Assembly (NCBI RefSeq): GCF_036763085.1
Contig: NZ_JBAIYU010000014.1
Coordinates: 48,306 to 72,305 of the forward strand
From: Dendrosporobacter sp. 1207_IL3150
GTDB taxonomy: Bacteria; Bacillota; Negativicutes; DSM-1736; Dendrosporobacteraceae
Direction: 5' to 3'
Length of the DNA: 24,000 nt
Made by a program: the position numbers and the translations under genes. The notes below the pieces were generated by a model that worked only from the letters and a program-made list of their open reading frames with translations, searched no databases and was not told the origin of the DNA. Positions 7,633 through 15,801 of this stretch are shown here, piece by piece; the stretch's first letter is position 1; the number at the start of each line of letters is the position of its first letter.

Positions 7633-8700
7633 ATGAGCGAGCGATTATCAAAATTGCAAAGCTATTTAGTTGCAAACGGCCTTGATGCAATAATTGTTTT
7701 AAAACCTGAAAATCGTATGTATTTTAGTGGTTTTACTGGATCTTCGGGTATGTTGATAATTAGTCAGTTTGATGCTAAACTAGTAACAGATTTTCGTTAT
7801 ATTGAACAAGCAGGCAGACAAGCAAAAAAGTTTGAAATCATTCGTCATGGCAATAACATACTAGAAACAATAGCAAAAGAAATCAGCAGCTCAGGATTTA
7901 ATAAAGTTGGCTTTGAAGGCGATTTCGTGACCTTTGCGATATACGATTCACTACATACTTTGTTAGGCCAGGTAGAACTAAAATCAATCCAGCTAGATAG
8001 TTTGCGGATGATAAAAGATGATGAAGAAATTAAACTGATTAAAAAGGCTGTCGAAATTGCCGACATGGCGTTTTCACATATATTAACTTTTTTGCGTCCA
8101 GGAATTTCCGAAATTTCAGTTGCTGCTGAACTAGAATACTTTATGCGTAAACAAGGCGCTGAAAAGCCGGCCTTCGATACGATTGTTGCATCTGGAGTAA
8201 GAGGTTCACTGCCGCACGGCATTGCTTCTGAAAAGATTATTGAATCCGGTGATCTTATTACGATGGATTTCGGAGCTGTTTATAAAGGGTATCATTCCGA
8301 TATAACTAGAACAGTATGTATTGGAAGAGCTAATGATAAACAGCGGGAAATTTATGATGTTGTTCTTTCGGCCCAGCTTGCTGCAGTAAAGGCGGTACAA
8401 GCCGGAAAACTCTGCAAAGAGATTGACGGTATAGCAAGGGGAATTATTGATAACGCCGGTTATAGAGACTATTTTGGACATGGTCTTGGGCATGGTTTAG
8501 GTCTTGCTATTCATGAGGCACCAAGACTTTCTCCTAGTAACTTATCTGGTGTACTTGAAAAAAATATGTTAGTTACAGTTGAGCCGGGAATTTATCTGCC
8601 TGATTGGGGTGGCATACGTATCGAAGATACGGTTGTAGTTACGGCGACAGGCTGTGATATATTAACAACTAGCAGCAAAGTACTTATTGAGATTGACTAA
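7633..8700 (+). CDS. M24B family Xaa-Pro aminopeptidase (YqhT/PepP-like)
   Basis: The metal-ligand motifs occur in order: DFGAVYKGYHSDITR, HGLGHGLGLAIHE, VEPGIY, RIEDTV. The ATG directly abuts the aroQ stop (TAAATG). Confidence 0.88.
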   Translation: MSERLSKLQSYLVANGLDAIIVLKPENRMYFSGFTGSSGMLIISQFDAKLVTDFRYIEQAGRQAKKFEIIRHGNNILETIAKEISSSGFNKVGFEGDFVTFAIYDSLHTLLGQVELKSIQLDSLRMIKDDEEIKLIKKAVEIADMAFSHILTFLRPGISEISVAAELEYFMRKQGAEKPAFDTIVASGVRGSLPHGIASEKIIESGDLITMDFGAVYKGYHSDITRTVCIGRANDKQREIYDVVLSAQLAAVKAVQAGKLCKEIDGIARGIIDNAGYRDYFGHGLGHGLGLAIHEAPRLSPSNLSGVLEKNMLVTVEPGIYLPDWGGIRIEDTVVVTATGCDILTTSSKVLIEID

Positions 8701-8731
8701 TTGAGTTGCATAAAATTGGAGGTTTTAAACA

Positions 8732-9295
8732 ATGATTTCAAGTAGTGATTTTAGAACAGGAATAACAATCGAAATTGACAATTCAGTATGGCAAATTGTA
8801 GATTTCCAACACGTCAAGCCTGGAAAAGGTGCAGCGTTTGTTAGAACAAAAATGAAAAATGTGAAGACTGGCGCAGTGGTTGAACGAACTTTCAACCCTG
8901 GTGAAAAATTGCCTAAAGCTCATATTGATAATCGCCAAATGCAATATTTGTATGAAAGCGATGGCATGTTCGTGTTCATGGATAACGAAACTTTCGAACA
9001 ATCAGAGTTAACTGCCGATCAACTAGGTGATGCCCAAAAATTCCTGAAGGAAAACATGAATATTAACCTTATGTTCTTCCACGGAACGATTATTGGTGTT
9101 GAACTGCCAAATTCAGTAGACCTTGAAGTCGTTGAATGTGATCCTGGTGTCCGCGGCGATACTGCTACAGGTGCAACTAAAATGGCTAAGTTAGAAACCG
9201 GTTACTCAGTACGTGTACCTTTATTCATCAACCAAGGTGATGTACTAAGAATTGATACTCGTTCCGGTGATTATATCGAAAGAGCAAGAGATTAA
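8732..9295 (+). CDS. efp: translation elongation factor P
   Basis: [46 protein letters not shown] is the canonical EF-P N-terminus, including the modified-Lys loop PGKG. The product is 187 aa. SD GGAGG lies upstream. Confidence 0.96.
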   Translation: MISSSDFRTGITIEIDNSVWQIVDFQHVKPGKGAAFVRTKMKNVKTGAVVERTFNPGEKLPKAHIDNRQMQYLYESDGMFVFMDNETFEQSELTADQLGDAQKFLKENMNINLMFFHGTIIGVELPNSVDLEVVECDPGVRGDTATGATKMAKLETGYSVRVPLFINQGDVLRIDTRSGDYIERARD

Positions 9296-9306
9296 TTTAA
9301 AACATA

Positions 9307-9341
9307 AACAATTCGGTGATTTTCATCGGATTGTTTTTTTA
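9307..9341 (+). terminator. intrinsic terminator after efp
   Basis: A 12-bp stem pairs AACAATTCGGTG (9307-9318) with CATCGGATTGTT (9324-9335), including two G-U pairs. The loop is 5 nt, and a run of seven T follows. Confidence 0.75.
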
Positions 9342-9429
9342 ATTTAAAGTCAGCATATGATAACTGATTTACTGGGCATAATATCATTAGCTTTCGGATA
9401 ACAGAAAAAAAAGGGGGTAATGATTACTT

Positions 9430-9888
9430 ATGACAAATCTTAAGGAAAGAGTCGCCTATTTACAAGGTTTAACCCAAGGCTTGAATGTGAGTGAACAGTC
9501 AGCTGAAGGTAAAATTTTAGCAAACATTATTGATGTACTTGATGATATGGCAAATGATTTCCATAACATGTATTTAGCTCAGCAAGATTTGGAAAGTTAT
9601 GTTGAAACAATTGATGAGGATTTAACAGATTTAGAAGACGAAATCTATGAAGATGTTTATACTGAAGAAGATGTTGAGGACGATTTTGTGGAGGTTCAGT
9701 GTCCTTCATGTCATGAAGCAGTTACTTTTGAATCCGAGATTTTAGCAGAAGATGATGCAATAGAAGTAACTTGCCCTTACTGCGGGGGTATAGTGTATGA
9801 TAATACTCTTGAATTTGATGAAGATATTGATATTGAGTCAGAACGCGTGAACGATTCACTAAGACATGCGATTCATCCAGGATTGTAG
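9430..9888 (+). CDS. acidic zinc-ribbon protein of unknown function (resembles proteins annotated as CD1247 N-terminal domain-containing)
   Basis: A 152-aa ORF has a helical N-terminal part (KERVAYLQGLTQGLNV...) and a D/E-rich centre. A CxxC-x23-CxxC pair is present (CPSCHEAV...CPYCGG). It has its own SD (AAGGGGGT), and terminators flank it on both sides. The family name is from memory and is unverified. Confidence 0.7.
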   Translation: MTNLKERVAYLQGLTQGLNVSEQSAEGKILANIIDVLDDMANDFHNMYLAQQDLESYVETIDEDLTDLEDEIYEDVYTEEDVEDDFVEVQCPSCHEAVTFESEILAEDDAIEVTCPYCGGIVYDNTLEFDEDIDIESERVNDSLRHAIHPGL

Positions 9889-9914
9889 TATTATAAATTG
9901 ATATTTTGTACGTT

Positions 9915-9948
9915 AAAAATCTCGCCTTTGTGCGGGATTTTTTTATTT
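9915..9948 (+). terminator. intrinsic terminator after the zinc-ribbon gene
   Basis: AAAAATCTCGC (9915-9925), loop CTTTGT, GCGGGATTTTT (9932-9942). This gives 11 bp with one G-U pair, followed by a T-run. Confidence 0.75.
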
Positions 9949-9956
9949 GGACACTA

Positions 9957-9985
9957 GCATAAAGTATGGATATTCACCATATCTA
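9957..9985 (+). promoter_or_regulatory. candidate sigma-E-type promoter for the spoIIIA operon
   Basis: GCATAAA (9957-9963), an exact 14-nt spacer, then CATATCTA (9978-9985). The remembered Bacillus sigma-E consensus is kmATAxx-14-CATACAhT. The -35 and the spacing fit, but the -10 matches only 5 of 8 positions. The location, 22 nt upstream of the spoIIIAA ATG, is appropriate. Confidence 0.3.
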
Positions 9986-10007
9986 TGTAAAGAAAGGTGG
10001 AGGAAAA

Positions 10008-11012
10008 ATGAACCAAATAAGCCATACTTTGGAACAGTATATATATCCTATATTGCCACCAGTGATTGTCGGGATACTTAAAGCGGTATCACTATCAGTG
10101 ATAAGTCAGCTTACCGAAATAAGACTGCGCGCTGATCAGCCCGTTTTGCTAGTATTAGCAAATAGAGATACACTAGTCAGTCCTAATGGTCTTACAGACA
10201 TAGATCCAGATTCGGCGTATATATGCAGTAGGGAAGATGTTGGCCGTACACTACAATTGATAAGCCGAAACTCGCTTTATGCCTATGAACAAGAAATAAA
10301 GATGGGTTACATAACTATTAATGGCGGACACCGAGTAGGTTTAGCTGGGCAGGCAACTATTGAAAATGGTGAGGTAAAAGCTTTAAAGAATATTAACTCT
10401 CTTAATATACGCATCGCAAAACAGATTATAGGATGTTCTGACAAAATATTGCCCTACATACTTTCACCTGACAAAAGAGTTTTAAGTACATTGTTCATTG
10501 CACCGCCGCGTTGCGGCAAAACAACAATGCTTAGAGATTTAGTAAGACATTTGAGTAGTGGAAGCAGATCGAACCACTTTTATGGTGTACAGGTCGGACT
10601 TGTTGATGAAAGATCAGAAATTGCCGCTTGTCAAAACGGAGTTGCAACAGTAGATTTAGGACCAAGAGTGGATGTCTTAGACTGCTGCCCTAAAGCAACT
10701 GGTATTCTTATGCTTATTAGATCTATGTCTCCTCAGGTAGTGGTTACTGATGAATTAGGCCGCAAAGAGGATGTAATAGCAGTCAAAGAAGCACTTAATG
10801 CTGGCATTAGTGTAATAACATCAATACATGGCCGTTCTGTGAATGAGATTTCTAATCGACCTTATGTAGATGAATTGATTAGAAATAAATATTTTGAAAG
10901 ATATATCATATTGGGTAATCAACCGAACATTGGTTCAATTGAAGGTATTATAGCTGTTAAAAGCGATGATACACTGTATAGTTCAAAAAAAGGAGTAAAG
11001 ATATGTGGCTGA
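10008..11012 (+). CDS. spoIIIAA: stage III sporulation protein AA (secretion-type ATPase)
   Basis: Walker A is APPRCGKTT and Walker B is VVVTDELG. The ATG at 10008 follows GGTGGAGG with good spacing, so the track start at 9966 is less likely. It is the first gene of an eight-gene spoIIIA array. Confidence 0.92.
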   Translation: MNQISHTLEQYIYPILPPVIVGILKAVSLSVISQLTEIRLRADQPVLLVLANRDTLVSPNGLTDIDPDSAYICSREDVGRTLQLISRNSLYAYEQEIKMGYITINGGHRVGLAGQATIENGEVKALKNINSLNIRIAKQIIGCSDKILPYILSPDKRVLSTLFIAPPRCGKTTMLRDLVRHLSSGSRSNHFYGVQVGLVDERSEIAACQNGVATVDLGPRVDVLDCCPKATGILMLIRSMSPQVVVTDELGRKEDVIAVKEALNAGISVITSIHGRSVNEISNRPYVDELIRNKYFERYIILGNQPNIGSIEGIIAVKSDDTLYSSKKGVKICG

Positions 11013-11524
11013 AACTATTAGGAAGCATATTTGTAATAATAACTGGGACATATATCGGTTTTAAGCTGGCATCTCGTTGCAGTACAAGACCGCAGCATAT
11101 ACGGCAAATTATAAGCTGTATTGTATCGCTGAAGTCGTATATTAATTATGTTTCGATGCCGCTGCCAGATGCATTGGTAAAATCTACCGCCGGTACGGAA
11201 GGGCCTGTTTCTGTTTTTTTTAGAGATACTGCTGCGCTATTAGAGTTTAATGGCTGGATGAATCCACAACAGGCTATAAAAGAAGTACTAGGTAAGATGG
11301 AAGATAAACTGGCAATAGAAAAACCAGAAAGAGAGATATTATCATTGCTTGGGGCAAATTTAGGGTCAATGAATAGAGAAGAACAGAATAAGTACTTAAA
11401 TATGATTCAGGAACAGCTTGAAAACATAGAACAAGAAGCGGTAAAGACGCGAGATCAAAATTCTAAGATGTATAAGTACCTTGGTGTCTGTGGAGGATTA
11501 GCTGTCGTAATACTGTTTATATAA
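11003..11524 (+). CDS. spoIIIAB: stage III sporulation protein AB
   Basis: A 173-aa product with an N-terminal and a C-terminal TM helix. It overlaps the spoIIIAA end by 10 nt, and AGGAG lies upstream. Its position and size match SpoIIIAB. Confidence 0.88.
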   Translation: MWLKLLGSIFVIITGTYIGFKLASRCSTRPQHIRQIISCIVSLKSYINYVSMPLPDALVKSTAGTEGPVSVFFRDTAALLEFNGWMNPQQAIKEVLGKMEDKLAIEKPEREILSLLGANLGSMNREEQNKYLNMIQEQLENIEQEAVKTRDQNSKMYKYLGVCGGLAVVILFI

Positions 11525-11551
11525 AAAAGGTATAAGGAAAGGGGTGCAATA

Positions 11552-11749
11552 ATGGGGTTGGATTTACTTTTTAAAATTGCAGGGGTTGGAATATTGGTTT
11601 CCGTTTTCCACACTGCATTAAAACAAGCAGGAAAAGAAGATATGGCGCATTTATGTACACTTGCAGGTTTTACGCTTGTATTGTTATGGGTAGTACAATT
11701 GTTAGGACGATTATTTAGTACAGTTCAGGATGTTTTCAAGTTGTTATGA
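11552..11749 (+). CDS. spoIIIAC: stage III sporulation protein AC
   Basis: A 65-aa two-TM protein (LLFKIAGVGILVSVFHTALKQAGKE...) at the third position of the operon. Confidence 0.88.
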   Translation: MGLDLLFKIAGVGILVSVFHTALKQAGKEDMAHLCTLAGFTLVLLWVVQLLGRLFSTVQDVFKLL

Positions 11750-11762
11750 GAGGTGTACGGCA

Positions 11763-12149
11763 GTGGAGATAATTCAAATAGTCGGGCTAGGTTTTGTAGT
11801 AACATTATTAATATTAATTATCAGAAGGGAACGGCCCGAGCTTGCTGTGCAGCTGAGTTTAACGCTGGCCACAATAATTTTTCTATTGGTACTAAATAAG
11901 GTAAATGTAGTTTTAAATTTGTTCCGAGATTTAGCTGAAAAAGCAAATATAAGCCATATGTATTTAAATACAATTTTAAAAATAATCGGTATAGCATATA
12001 TTACTGAGTTTGGGGCACAGGTTTGTCGAGACGCTGGTGAAGGTGCAGTAGCAAGCAAAATTGAATTTGCCGGAAAAGTACTAGTAATGGTTATGGCAAT
12101 TCCAATAATTGCGCTGGTGCTGGACACAATTGTTAGATTGATTCCTTAA
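11763..12149 (+). CDS. spoIIIAD: stage III sporulation protein AD
   Basis: GTG 11763 lies 7 nt after GAGAGGTG and gives M-EIIQIVGLGFV, the usual SpoIIIAD N-terminus. The track start at 11730 would overlap spoIIIAC and lacks an SD. The product is a multi-TM protein. Confidence 0.85.
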   Translation: MEIIQIVGLGFVVTLLILIIRRERPELAVQLSLTLATIIFLLVLNKVNVVLNLFRDLAEKANISHMYLNTILKIIGIAYITEFGAQVCRDAGEGAVASKIEFAGKVLVMVMAIPIIALVLDTIVRLIP

Positions 12150-12161
12150 GGTGGAATATAG

Positions 12162-13322
12162 ATGAGGATATTAATTGTTATATTGGCATTATTGCTTGCG
12201 CTTTCAGGAAGTACTATGGCATCACCTCTAGAAAATGAGGAAATAAATAAGCAGCTTCTAGATAAGTTATCAACCGAAAATATAAATAGTTTTGTGACCA
12301 AGATTAACCAGGAGCTAAATCAAGATATTCCGCTTTTAAATAGTGATACGGTAAAGAATATTGCTTCTAAAGGTATTTCAATGGATTGGAATACACTTTG
12401 GCAGAGTTTTATAAATCACTTATTTAAAGAATTAGCAGCTAATGCGCATTTAATGGGAAAGCTGCTCTTTCTGGCGGTTTTATGTATTTTGCTTCAAAAC
12501 CTGCAGAATTCGTTCGAGCAATCAGGAATATCAGTTTTAGCGTATAGTGTATGTTTTATTTTTTTATCAGTTATTGCTTTGACCGCTTTTTATAATGCGG
12601 TATTGCTAGCTCGCGAGACTGTAGGGAACATGGTTGGGTTTCTCGAGGCTCTTTTACCGCTTTTAATATCTTTACTGGCAGGTGTAGGTGCTTTAACTTC
12701 GGCGGCGTTATTTACCCCCTTAATGTTATTTGTGGTGAGTGCGGTAAGCGAAATAGTAAAGAATGTTGTATTGCCATTATTATTACTGACTTCGGTATTA
12801 GACTGTGTAAATTATTTATCAGAAAAATACCGTCTGAGTAATCTTACAAATCTTTTTAAGCAAACCGGGATGATAATTCTTGGTTTTACAATGGTTGTTT
12901 TCATTGGAATAATTACCATACAGGGAGTAGCCGGCGGTGTTGCTGATGGTATAACACTTAGAACGGCTAAATTTGCAACTTCAACCTTTGTACCAGTAGT
13001 AGGAAAAATGTTCGCGGATACAGTTGAACTAGTTATGGGAGCATCTTTGTTGTTAAAGAATGCTGTTGGTATTTTTGGCGTAATCGCTATCTTAACTATT
13101 TGCGCATTCCCTTTGATTAAGCTGTTATCTCTAGTGGCGATCGTAAAAATTACTGGCGCTCTAGTACAGCCTATGGGTGATGATAGAATGGGCAAATGTT
13201 TAGACGCAATGGGGAATAATCTTTTGCTTGTCTTTGGTGCCGTCTTAACCGTAGTTTTGATGTTTTTTTTAGCTATTACCATGATAGTTGGTGTAGGAAG
13301 TGCCGCTATGATGCTGCGGTGA
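12162..13322 (+). CDS. spoIIIAE: stage III sporulation protein AE
   Basis: A 386-aa product with an N-terminal signal-like segment followed by a polytopic membrane domain. SD AAGGTGGA lies upstream. It occupies the fifth position of the operon. Confidence 0.9.
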   Translation: MRILIVILALLLALSGSTMASPLENEEINKQLLDKLSTENINSFVTKINQELNQDIPLLNSDTVKNIASKGISMDWNTLWQSFINHLFKELAANAHLMGKLLFLAVLCILLQNLQNSFEQSGISVLAYSVCFIFLSVIALTAFYNAVLLARETVGNMVGFLEALLPLLISLLAGVGALTSAALFTPLMLFVVSAVSEIVKNVVLPLLLLTSVLDCVNYLSEKYRLSNLTNLFKQTGMIILGFTMVVFIGIITIQGVAGGVADGITLRTAKFATSTFVPVVGKMFADTVELVMGASLLLKNAVGIFGVIAILTICAFPLIKLLSLVAIVKITGALVQPMGDDRMGKCLDAMGNNLLLVFGAVLTVVLMFFLAITMIVGVGSAAMMLR

Positions 13323-13366
13323 CCAAATGTATTTAGTTTAGATAGTCATAGGCGGGTGAAGATTAA

Positions 13367-13960
13367 GTGATTGACGCGGTTTCAGATTGGATTAAAAATA
13401 TCATAATGATAGTATTGTTTGCATCATTTCTTGAGCTTTTACTTCCAAGCAGCAGCATGCAAAAATTTATTCGCGTAATAATCGGACTATTCATTACTCT
13501 AGCTATATTAAACCCCATTATTGATATAATCCAAAATAGATTTGGGCCCAACCAGATTCCTGCGCTAAGTACGAATGCTTCAAATTCTCAGGTTATTATA
13601 AATAACGCAACGAAGCTGGCTGATCAGCGGGAACAAATGTCAGTAGAATTGTATAAAAAAGAGCTGGCAAAGCAGATCAGAGCAACCGTTATTGCAGTTG
13701 ACGGCGTTGCTGATGCTCAAGTGGCTGTAGATATTAGTAATGAAAAAAAAGGTAAACTAATAGATGTAAAGAACATTACAGTTTTTGTGAAACCAGGTGT
13801 GTCGGCAAATGAAGGTAAAATAGCAAAAGTCACGATAGGTTCGACGTCCTCGGCAGATCGTCCCGAACTAAAGCCTCAGACTAAAGCTAAAATCAGTTAC
13901 ACTATCAATGAGCTATATCAAATTCCTAAAGATAGCATCGAAATAAAAGCACTACACTGA
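13367..13960 (+). CDS. spoIIIAF: stage III sporulation protein AF
   Basis: The start is GTG. The N-terminal motif LLPSSSMQKFIRVIIGLF matches the SpoIIIAF signature I recall (LLPSSSMQKY...). The product is 197 aa. Confidence 0.88.
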   Translation: MIDAVSDWIKNIIMIVLFASFLELLLPSSSMQKFIRVIIGLFITLAILNPIIDIIQNRFGPNQIPALSTNASNSQVIINNATKLADQREQMSVELYKKELAKQIRATVIAVDGVADAQVAVDISNEKKGKLIDVKNITVFVKPGVSANEGKIAKVTIGSTSSADRPELKPQTKAKISYTINELYQIPKDSIEIKALH

Positions 13961-13975
13961 TAAGGGGGAGTTAAG

Positions 13976-14581
13976 ATGAGCGGATTAGAATCAATTATTT
14001 CCGGCGCGAAAAAAATGTGGCCCAATCAATTGATTAAAGCCGGAGTACTCAATACAAGGATGATTTGGCTGGGTGTTATAGGATTAGCTCTATTGATGGT
14101 AGGCGGATTATTCGATTTTCCTGCAACGCAGCAGCGTAATGAGACTCAGATCGAACCACTTAAAGCAACTCAGGTCATGAATCGCAGTTATGAAGACGCA
14201 TTAGAATCTAAGTTATCCAATATGCTGTCGCAAGTAAAAGGGGCTGGTAATGTTTCAGTGAGTATAATGCTCGAAAATAGTGCTACACAGGAGCATGCCA
14301 AAAATATAAACAAAGAAACCCGTACTATTCAGGAAAAGGACACAGCAGGCGGCATTCGTACCACTACGGAAACTAAAGAGAGTTCACAGGTTCTCCTAAG
14401 TAAAGAAAATGGTGCTGATCACCCTGTTATGGTTCGTGAAATTAAACCGATTATTAAAGGAGTACTTGTTGTTGCTGAAGGTGCGGTAGATTCAACAGTA
14501 AAAGCAAATCTGACCAAGGCTGTCGAGGCAGGATTAGGTCTTCCTTCTTATAAAATTACGGTATTACCGCAAAGAAAGTGA
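13976..14581 (+). CDS. spoIIIAG: stage III sporulation protein AG
   Basis: A 201-aa product with a single N-terminal TM helix. The C-terminal ring-building-type domain ends ...GVLVVAEGA...LGLPSYKITVLP. SD GGGGGAG lies upstream. Confidence 0.88.
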   Translation: MSGLESIISGAKKMWPNQLIKAGVLNTRMIWLGVIGLALLMVGGLFDFPATQQRNETQIEPLKATQVMNRSYEDALESKLSNMLSQVKGAGNVSVSIMLENSATQEHAKNINKETRTIQEKDTAGGIRTTTETKESSQVLLSKENGADHPVMVREIKPIIKGVLVVAEGAVDSTVKANLTKAVEAGLGLPSYKITVLPQRK

Positions 14582-14590
14582 GGTTAAAAT

Positions 14591-15124
14591 ATGATTGTTG
14601 TATCATTGAGAAAATATAAAAAGCCAATAATAGCAGTCGTTTGCTTATTTGTCACAAGCATATTAGCTACTGGGATTTGGCATGTTAAAAGCAGCATAGA
14701 ACAAGCTAAAGCAGATCGATCTAATGCAATGCAAGTTACAAAGGCAGTCTCTAATGAGCAGTCAACGCCAGTAATAAGCACCGATTTTTTCACAGAATAT
14801 CGCTTAGAGAGAGATAAAATGAGAAGCGAAAGGTCGGATTTATTGCGAGAAGCAATCAGAAGTGCTGAAACTGAAGAAATACGAAATAAAGCACAAGAAA
14901 ATGTTTTGGCTATGGTAAAAGAAAAACAACGCGAATCAGAAATGGAAAGTTTGATAAAGGCTAGAGGCTTTAGCGATGCTTTAGTGTTTTATCGTGAACA
15001 CTCGGTAAATGCAATTGTTAAGGCCCCGGTCCTTTCACGTGATGAAGTTATTCAAGTTGCGGATGTTATCAGCCGTGTTTCAGGAGTTAAACCAGAGGAT
15101 ATAACAATAAGCGCTAAGCCTTAA
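14591..15124 (+). CDS. spoIIIAH: stage III sporulation protein AH
   Basis: A 177-aa product with an N-terminal TM helix. The FFTEYRLERDKMRSE motif is typical of SpoIIIAH. It is the last gene before a strong terminator. Confidence 0.88.
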   Translation: MIVVSLRKYKKPIIAVVCLFVTSILATGIWHVKSSIEQAKADRSNAMQVTKAVSNEQSTPVISTDFFTEYRLERDKMRSERSDLLREAIRSAETEEIRNKAQENVLAMVKEKQRESEMESLIKARGFSDALVFYREHSVNAIVKAPVLSRDEVIQVADVISRVSGVKPEDITISAKP

Positions 15125-15146
15125 GAATATATGGATTTGTGAGTTT

Positions 15147-15195
15147 AGGCCTCGTTACAGTTTTATAAAATCTGTAACGAGGCCTGTTTATTTAT
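15147..15195 (+). terminator. strong intrinsic terminator of the spoIIIA operon
   Basis: A perfect 14-bp stem pairs AGGCCTCGTTACAG (15147-15160) with CTGTAACGAGGCCT (15172-15185). The loop is 11 nt, and GTTTATTTAT follows. Confidence 0.85.
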
Positions 15196-15242
15196 ACGAT
15201 AAGAAAGTATAAAATTTACCTACAGGCATAAGGAGTGAATCA

Positions 15243-15288
15243 GCTTGTGCTGTCGCTAAGGCTCGGCGCAAGCCACGTTTTCTTTATT
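15243..15288 (+). promoter_or_regulatory. GC-rich hairpin plus U-rich tract (terminator- or attenuator-like), function unknown
   Basis: GCTTGTGCTG (15243-15252) pairs with CGGCGCAAGC (15264-15273), giving 10 bp including two G-U pairs. CACGTTTTCTTTATT follows. The signal is + strand specific, because the reverse complement has no T tract. Confidence 0.35.
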
Positions 15289-15293
15289 GCAGT

Positions 15294-15322
15294 TTGTATA
15301 ATTGGAAATTGTTTGATATAAT
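15294..15322 (+). promoter_or_regulatory. candidate sigma-A promoter (TTGTAT-17 nt-TATAAT) for the asp23 operon
   Basis: TTGTAT at 15294-15299 and TATAAT at 15317-15322 with a 17-nt spacer. A second TATAAT at 15297-15302 has a poor -35. The region is AT-rich, so chance matches are likely. Confidence 0.3.
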
Positions 15323-15393
15323 AATTTAAGTTATAAAATACTAAATAAAGAAATAAATATATTTTAAATACCAACAGATAAGGAGGGGTGCGC

Positions 15394-15789
15394 TTGGATA
15401 AAAGAATTGAAAGAATGGAGCATAATGATGTTGGCTCAATTCGTATTGCTGACGAAGTAGTAGGGATAATTGCTGGGTTGGCTGCGACCGAGGTTTCTGG
15501 AGTTGCTGGCATGAGCGGTGGTTTAGTAGGCGGTATAGCAGAAATGCTTGGCAAGAAGAATTTTTCCAAAGGTGTTAAGGTAGAGGTCGGCGAACGAGAA
15601 GCTGCAGTCGATCTATATATTATTGTTGAATATGGTGTGCGAATTCCTGAGGTTGCTTTAACAGTTCAAGAAAATGTAAAACGTGCTATTGAATCTATGA
15701 CCGGTCTTGATGTAGTTGAAGTAAACATTCATATACAAGGTGTGGGTTTTGGCCAAGAAGGAAAGGATGAAGATATCAGGGTTCGTTAG
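15394..15789 (+). CDS. Asp23/Gls24 family envelope-stress (alkaline shock) protein
   Basis: IRIADEVVGIIAGLAATEVSGVAGM...KGVKVEVGEREAAVDLYIIVEYGVRIPEV is the Asp23 family core. AGGAGG at 15381-15386 is too close to the track start GTG 15388. The in-frame TTG at 15394 (7-nt spacing) is preferred, with ATG 15415 as an alternative. Confidence 0.85.
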   Translation: MDKRIERMEHNDVGSIRIADEVVGIIAGLAATEVSGVAGMSGGLVGGIAEMLGKKNFSKGVKVEVGEREAAVDLYIIVEYGVRIPEVALTVQENVKRAIESMTGLDVVEVNIHIQGVGFGQEGKDEDIRVR

Positions 15790-15801
15790 GAAGGAGTAAA
15801 T

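Noticed and set aside
7845-8222. 125-aa minus-strand ORF inside the Xaa-Pro aminopeptidase gene
   Set aside because: The + strand frame carries all the M24 metal-ligand motifs. The antisense frame is Ser-rich, has no signals, and is a shadow frame.
12812-13282. 156-aa minus-strand ORF inside spoIIIAE
   Set aside because: It lies entirely antisense to a well-supported membrane-protein gene. Its composition is low-complexity (I/T/P/K-rich), as expected of a shadow frame, and it has no SD. The same reasoning applies to the antisense track ORFs at 796-1053, 1477-1713, 3326-3520, 3793-4074, 5972-6178, 6265-6459, 7270-7488, 8206-8493, 8783-9001, 9527-9709, 11774-12127, 13363-13551, 14584-14793, 16794-17063, 21359-21550, 21679-22011, 22567-22752 and 22771-22998.
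15240-15569. 109-aa minus-strand ORF spanning the asp23 start and the upstream intergenic region
   Set aside because: It overlaps the Asp23 coding frame in antisense and then runs through AT-rich promoter DNA. It has no SD, and its C-terminal half is translated intergenic sequence.
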